This document shows positions 61,585-64,000 of a stretch of DNA of 64,000 nucleotides, one piece after another. The DNA lies in NCBI GenBank assembly GCA_047285535.1, contig JBJBDC010000001.1, positions 1,856,136 through 1,920,135 on the forward strand, given 5' to 3'. Position 1 is the first letter of the stretch; every line of letters starts with the position of its first letter. The position numbers and the translations under genes were made by a program. The notes beneath the pieces were generated by a model. It saw only the letters and a list, made by a program, of their open reading frames with translations, had not been told where the DNA came from and did not search any database. The stretch is from Synechococcus sp. (GTDB lineage: Bacteria; Cyanobacteriota; Cyanobacteriia; PCC-6307; Cyanobiaceae).

Positions 61585-62643
61585 TCATCTCCCCACGCTC
61601 GGCATCAGGGCCAACAACGCTGACAACTCGGATCGATCCAGACCTGCGATCAAGGCCAGAAGGAGAAGCACCCTCGCCTTTTGAGGGCTGAGGGTGCCCG
61701 CTGGTAACAAACCAAGCTGGGCATGAACCTCACTGGGATGAACGGGGCCACTGCCACAACGACTCGCCCGCAACATCAGTGGCAACACCCCCGTCCAGTT
61801 TTTGATGAGCTCACGCTCCGACACAGACAACTGACCAGCCCCTGTGCCAGTCCATACCAGGCCCTGCACTCCTGATTTCAACATCGCCCCAAGCATGCCC
61901 AAGGGAGGATCCACACACCCGTAGAGGATGGCCACCTGAGGCCACTCAACCGGCAGTGCCAGCGTTGCAAACGGCACGAATCGAGAGCTTGTTGCCAGCG
62001 GAAGATGCACACCGTGATCATCCACCCAGCCGATTGGGCCCGAGCCTGGACTGGCAAACGCGTTCACCCCCAGAGTGGCCACCTTGGTGACCGCCCTGGC
62101 GCCATGGATCTTGCCATCCATCACGACCAGCACACCCTGCCCCCTTGCTTGAGGACTGCAAGCCACTTGAACAGCCCTCAACAGATTGAGCGGACCGTCC
62201 GCACTGAGGGCTGTCGCAGGCCTCATGGCTCCCACCAACACCACCGGCCGTGGATCCTCAATCAGGAGGTCCAACAACCAGGCGGATTCCTCCATGGTGT
62301 TGGTGCCATGCGTGATCACCACTCCCGCCAGCTCCGGGGATGCAGCAAAACCCTCGCGGATCCGTTTCACCAGCTGGTTCCAGTGCTGAAACTGCAGATC
62401 AGCGCTGTCCAGATTGGCCAGTTGCTCCACCTGAATCTGGGCCCTTTGCTGCAGCTGCGGCAGCTCCCGGAGCAGGTCCGCCCCAGCCAACACACCCGCG
62501 GTGTACTCGTTTAAGGAACTGCTAGTGGCACCACAGCCGGCAATGGTGCCGCCCGTGGCCAGCAGAAGCAGCTTCGGCTTTTGGGGGATCTGGGATTGAT
62601 CGAACGTCAAGGTTCTGAATCGATCACGCCATAAACCTGCCAA
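61585..62643 (-). CDS. asparaginase/glutaminase-family protein
   Basis: ATGGTIAG, HGTNTMEE, VGAMRP, SADGPLNL, PQKARVLL; start uncertain. Confidence 0.9.
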   Translation of the reverse strand: MAGLWRDRFRTLTFDQSQIPQKPKLLLLATGGTIAGCGATSSSLNEYTAGVLAGADLLRELPQLQQRAQIQVEQLANLDSADLQFQHWNQLVKRIREGFAASPELAGVVITHGTNTMEESAWLLDLLIEDPRPVVLVGAMRPATALSADGPLNLLRAVQVACSPQARGQGVLVVMDGKIHGARAVTKVATLGVNAFASPGSGPIGWVDDHGVHLPLATSSRFVPFATLALPVEWPQVAILYGCVDPPLGMLGAMLKSGVQGLVWTGTGAGQLSVSERELIKNWTGVLPLMLRASRCGSGPVHPSEVHAQLGLLPAGTLSPQKARVLLLLALIAGLDRSELSALLALMPSVGR

Positions 62644-63710
62644 AAACGCTGCATCTGTTCGATGGTGCCGATGCTGACGCGCAGTGACCCATCAATCTGA
62701 GGCTTCCCTGCCATGGAACGCACCAAAATGCCCGCTTCCCGCAGCTTCGCTTCCACGAGCTGCACTGAACGACGAGGCCAAACCAGGAGGTAATTCCCCC
62801 CATCCACATGGTGAATAACACGCTCACGCGTCAGCTGAGCCAGGATCCAGGCACGGGCCCGGATCACCTCAGCGACATAGGCATCCGTGTAGGGCTGGTC
62901 GGCCAGGGCCGCCATCGCCGCGGTCACCGCCAGCATGTTCACGTCATACGGGCCAGTGACCCGGCCTACACGGTCCACCACATGCGGGTGGCCGATGGCA
63001 AAGCCGATCCGCAACCCCGCAAGCCCTGCGGTTTTGGCGAGTGATCGGAGCACGAGCAGATTGGGGACGGCCTGGAAATCAGCCGTAGGCAAGACGCTGT
63101 CTCCGGTGAACGCCTCATATAACTCATCCACCACCACCAGCGTTTCCGGCGCTGCAGCCGCCAGCGCCACAACCTGATCGGCAGCCAAGCGCGTTCCAGT
63201 GGGGTTGTTGGGATTGCACAGCATCAAAATGCGCGGAGCGTGCATCAAGGCCGCACGGATCGGCTCCAGCGGAAATCCAAAACCAGGCAAGGCATGGGGC
63301 ACGGACTCGATCACCATCCCCTGCATCCCCGCACAGGGGGAGTAATACCCAAAGGTGGGGCTGGTGGTGAGCAGGGTGTCGCCTGGAGCTCCATAGGCAT
63401 GCATCACGGCATGGATCGCGGCATCAACCCCGTTGAACACCCCCACCTGCGCAGGAGACAAGGGATGGGCCAATCCCGCTGGCGAGGACTCAAGATTGGC
63501 AATCAAGGCTTCACGAAGGCCGTCGTACTCGGGGTAGATCGCCAGGTGATCGGCAGGGAACGAACGGATCGCCTCCACCACCTTTGGACTGGGCCCAATC
63601 GTGTTTTCGTTGAAATCAAGCCGCAATGCGTTGCGACGACCCTCGAGAGGAGCGCTGTAGGCCTTCAACCTCTCAACCTCCGGCCGAGCATCGGGAGAAG
63701 GAATGGCCAC
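62607..63710 (-). CDS. hisC: histidinol-phosphate aminotransferase-like PLP enzyme
   Basis: LDFNEN, CNPNNPTG, VDELY, RSLAKTAGLAGLRIG, LRVSIGT. Confidence 0.8.
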   Translation of the reverse strand: MAIPSPDARPEVERLKAYSAPLEGRRNALRLDFNENTIGPSPKVVEAIRSFPADHLAIYPEYDGLREALIANLESSPAGLAHPLSPAQVGVFNGVDAAIHAVMHAYGAPGDTLLTTSPTFGYYSPCAGMQGMVIESVPHALPGFGFPLEPIRAALMHAPRILMLCNPNNPTGTRLAADQVVALAAAAPETLVVVDELYEAFTGDSVLPTADFQAVPNLLVLRSLAKTAGLAGLRIGFAIGHPHVVDRVGRVTGPYDVNMLAVTAAMAALADQPYTDAYVAEVIRARAWILAQLTRERVIHHVDGGNYLLVWPRRSVQLVEAKLREAGILVRSMAGKPQIDGSLRVSIGTIEQMQRFWQVYGVIDSEP

Positions 63711-64000
63711 GAACTCCACAAACCCTAGACGGATCAACACTGACAGAAGAAGGCTTCCACCGCTGATCTGCGATCAACAGGGCACTGAAGTGAAAACGCA
63801 AACAACACTCCTCAAACAGTGGCGGAATGTGGGAGGAATGAAGGCTCTCGGTCCTACCGAACGATGCTGGAGCGCTTTTGGATAGAGCTGAAACGGCGTC
63901 ACCCCAGATCCATCCGCAGGGCAATCGTGAAGGCCGTGCTGCGCAATCCAGCCTTATTCAAGATTCAGCACCTCACACTTTGCGCAAAGCAACAGTGGTC

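Noticed and set aside
63711..63864. Riboswitch or ncRNA upstream of the hisC-like gene
   Set aside because: No recognisable aptamer consensus or terminator by eye; an Rfam/Infernal scan would be needed.

Overview
This window is a gene-dense stretch of chromosome from a marine picocyanobacterium (Synechococcus-like, inferred from gene content and order and the scarcity of HIP1 GCGATCGC). Most of it is core genome: crtB-pds, ndhM, rbcR-like LysR, ndhF1/ndhD1, scpA, cugP-like nucleotidyltransferase, metF, pedR, nadK, ndhA-I-G-E, gltA, hrcA, trpB, cysC, purE, nagA, chlM, ycf29-like regulator, iscS, rsmH, ndhH, the men genes, gshB, grxC, prfB with its programmed +1 frameshift, ybeY, dgkA, trpG/pabA, an asparaginase and a hisC-like aminotransferase. 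A roughly 9 kb accessory region with no integrase (about 29.2-38.1 kb) follows chlM. It carries the most unusual content: an alsS-alsD acetoin operon whose decarboxylase is fused to an N-terminal ribbon-helix-helix DNA-binding-like domain, a TetX-like flavin monooxygenase, a dirigent/allene-oxide-cyclase-like lipoprotein, a secreted CAP protein, a DUF3104 gene with an adjacent LexA-like box, an unlisted 32-aa membrane peptide ORF and a divergent acireductone-dioxygenase-like cupin. Two smaller probable insertions are an S9 peptidase between menF and gshB and a pair of FUSC-like membrane proteins between grxC and prfB. I found no tRNA, rRNA, CRISPR array or transposase. All family calls come from recognising motifs by eye; no database searches were run.
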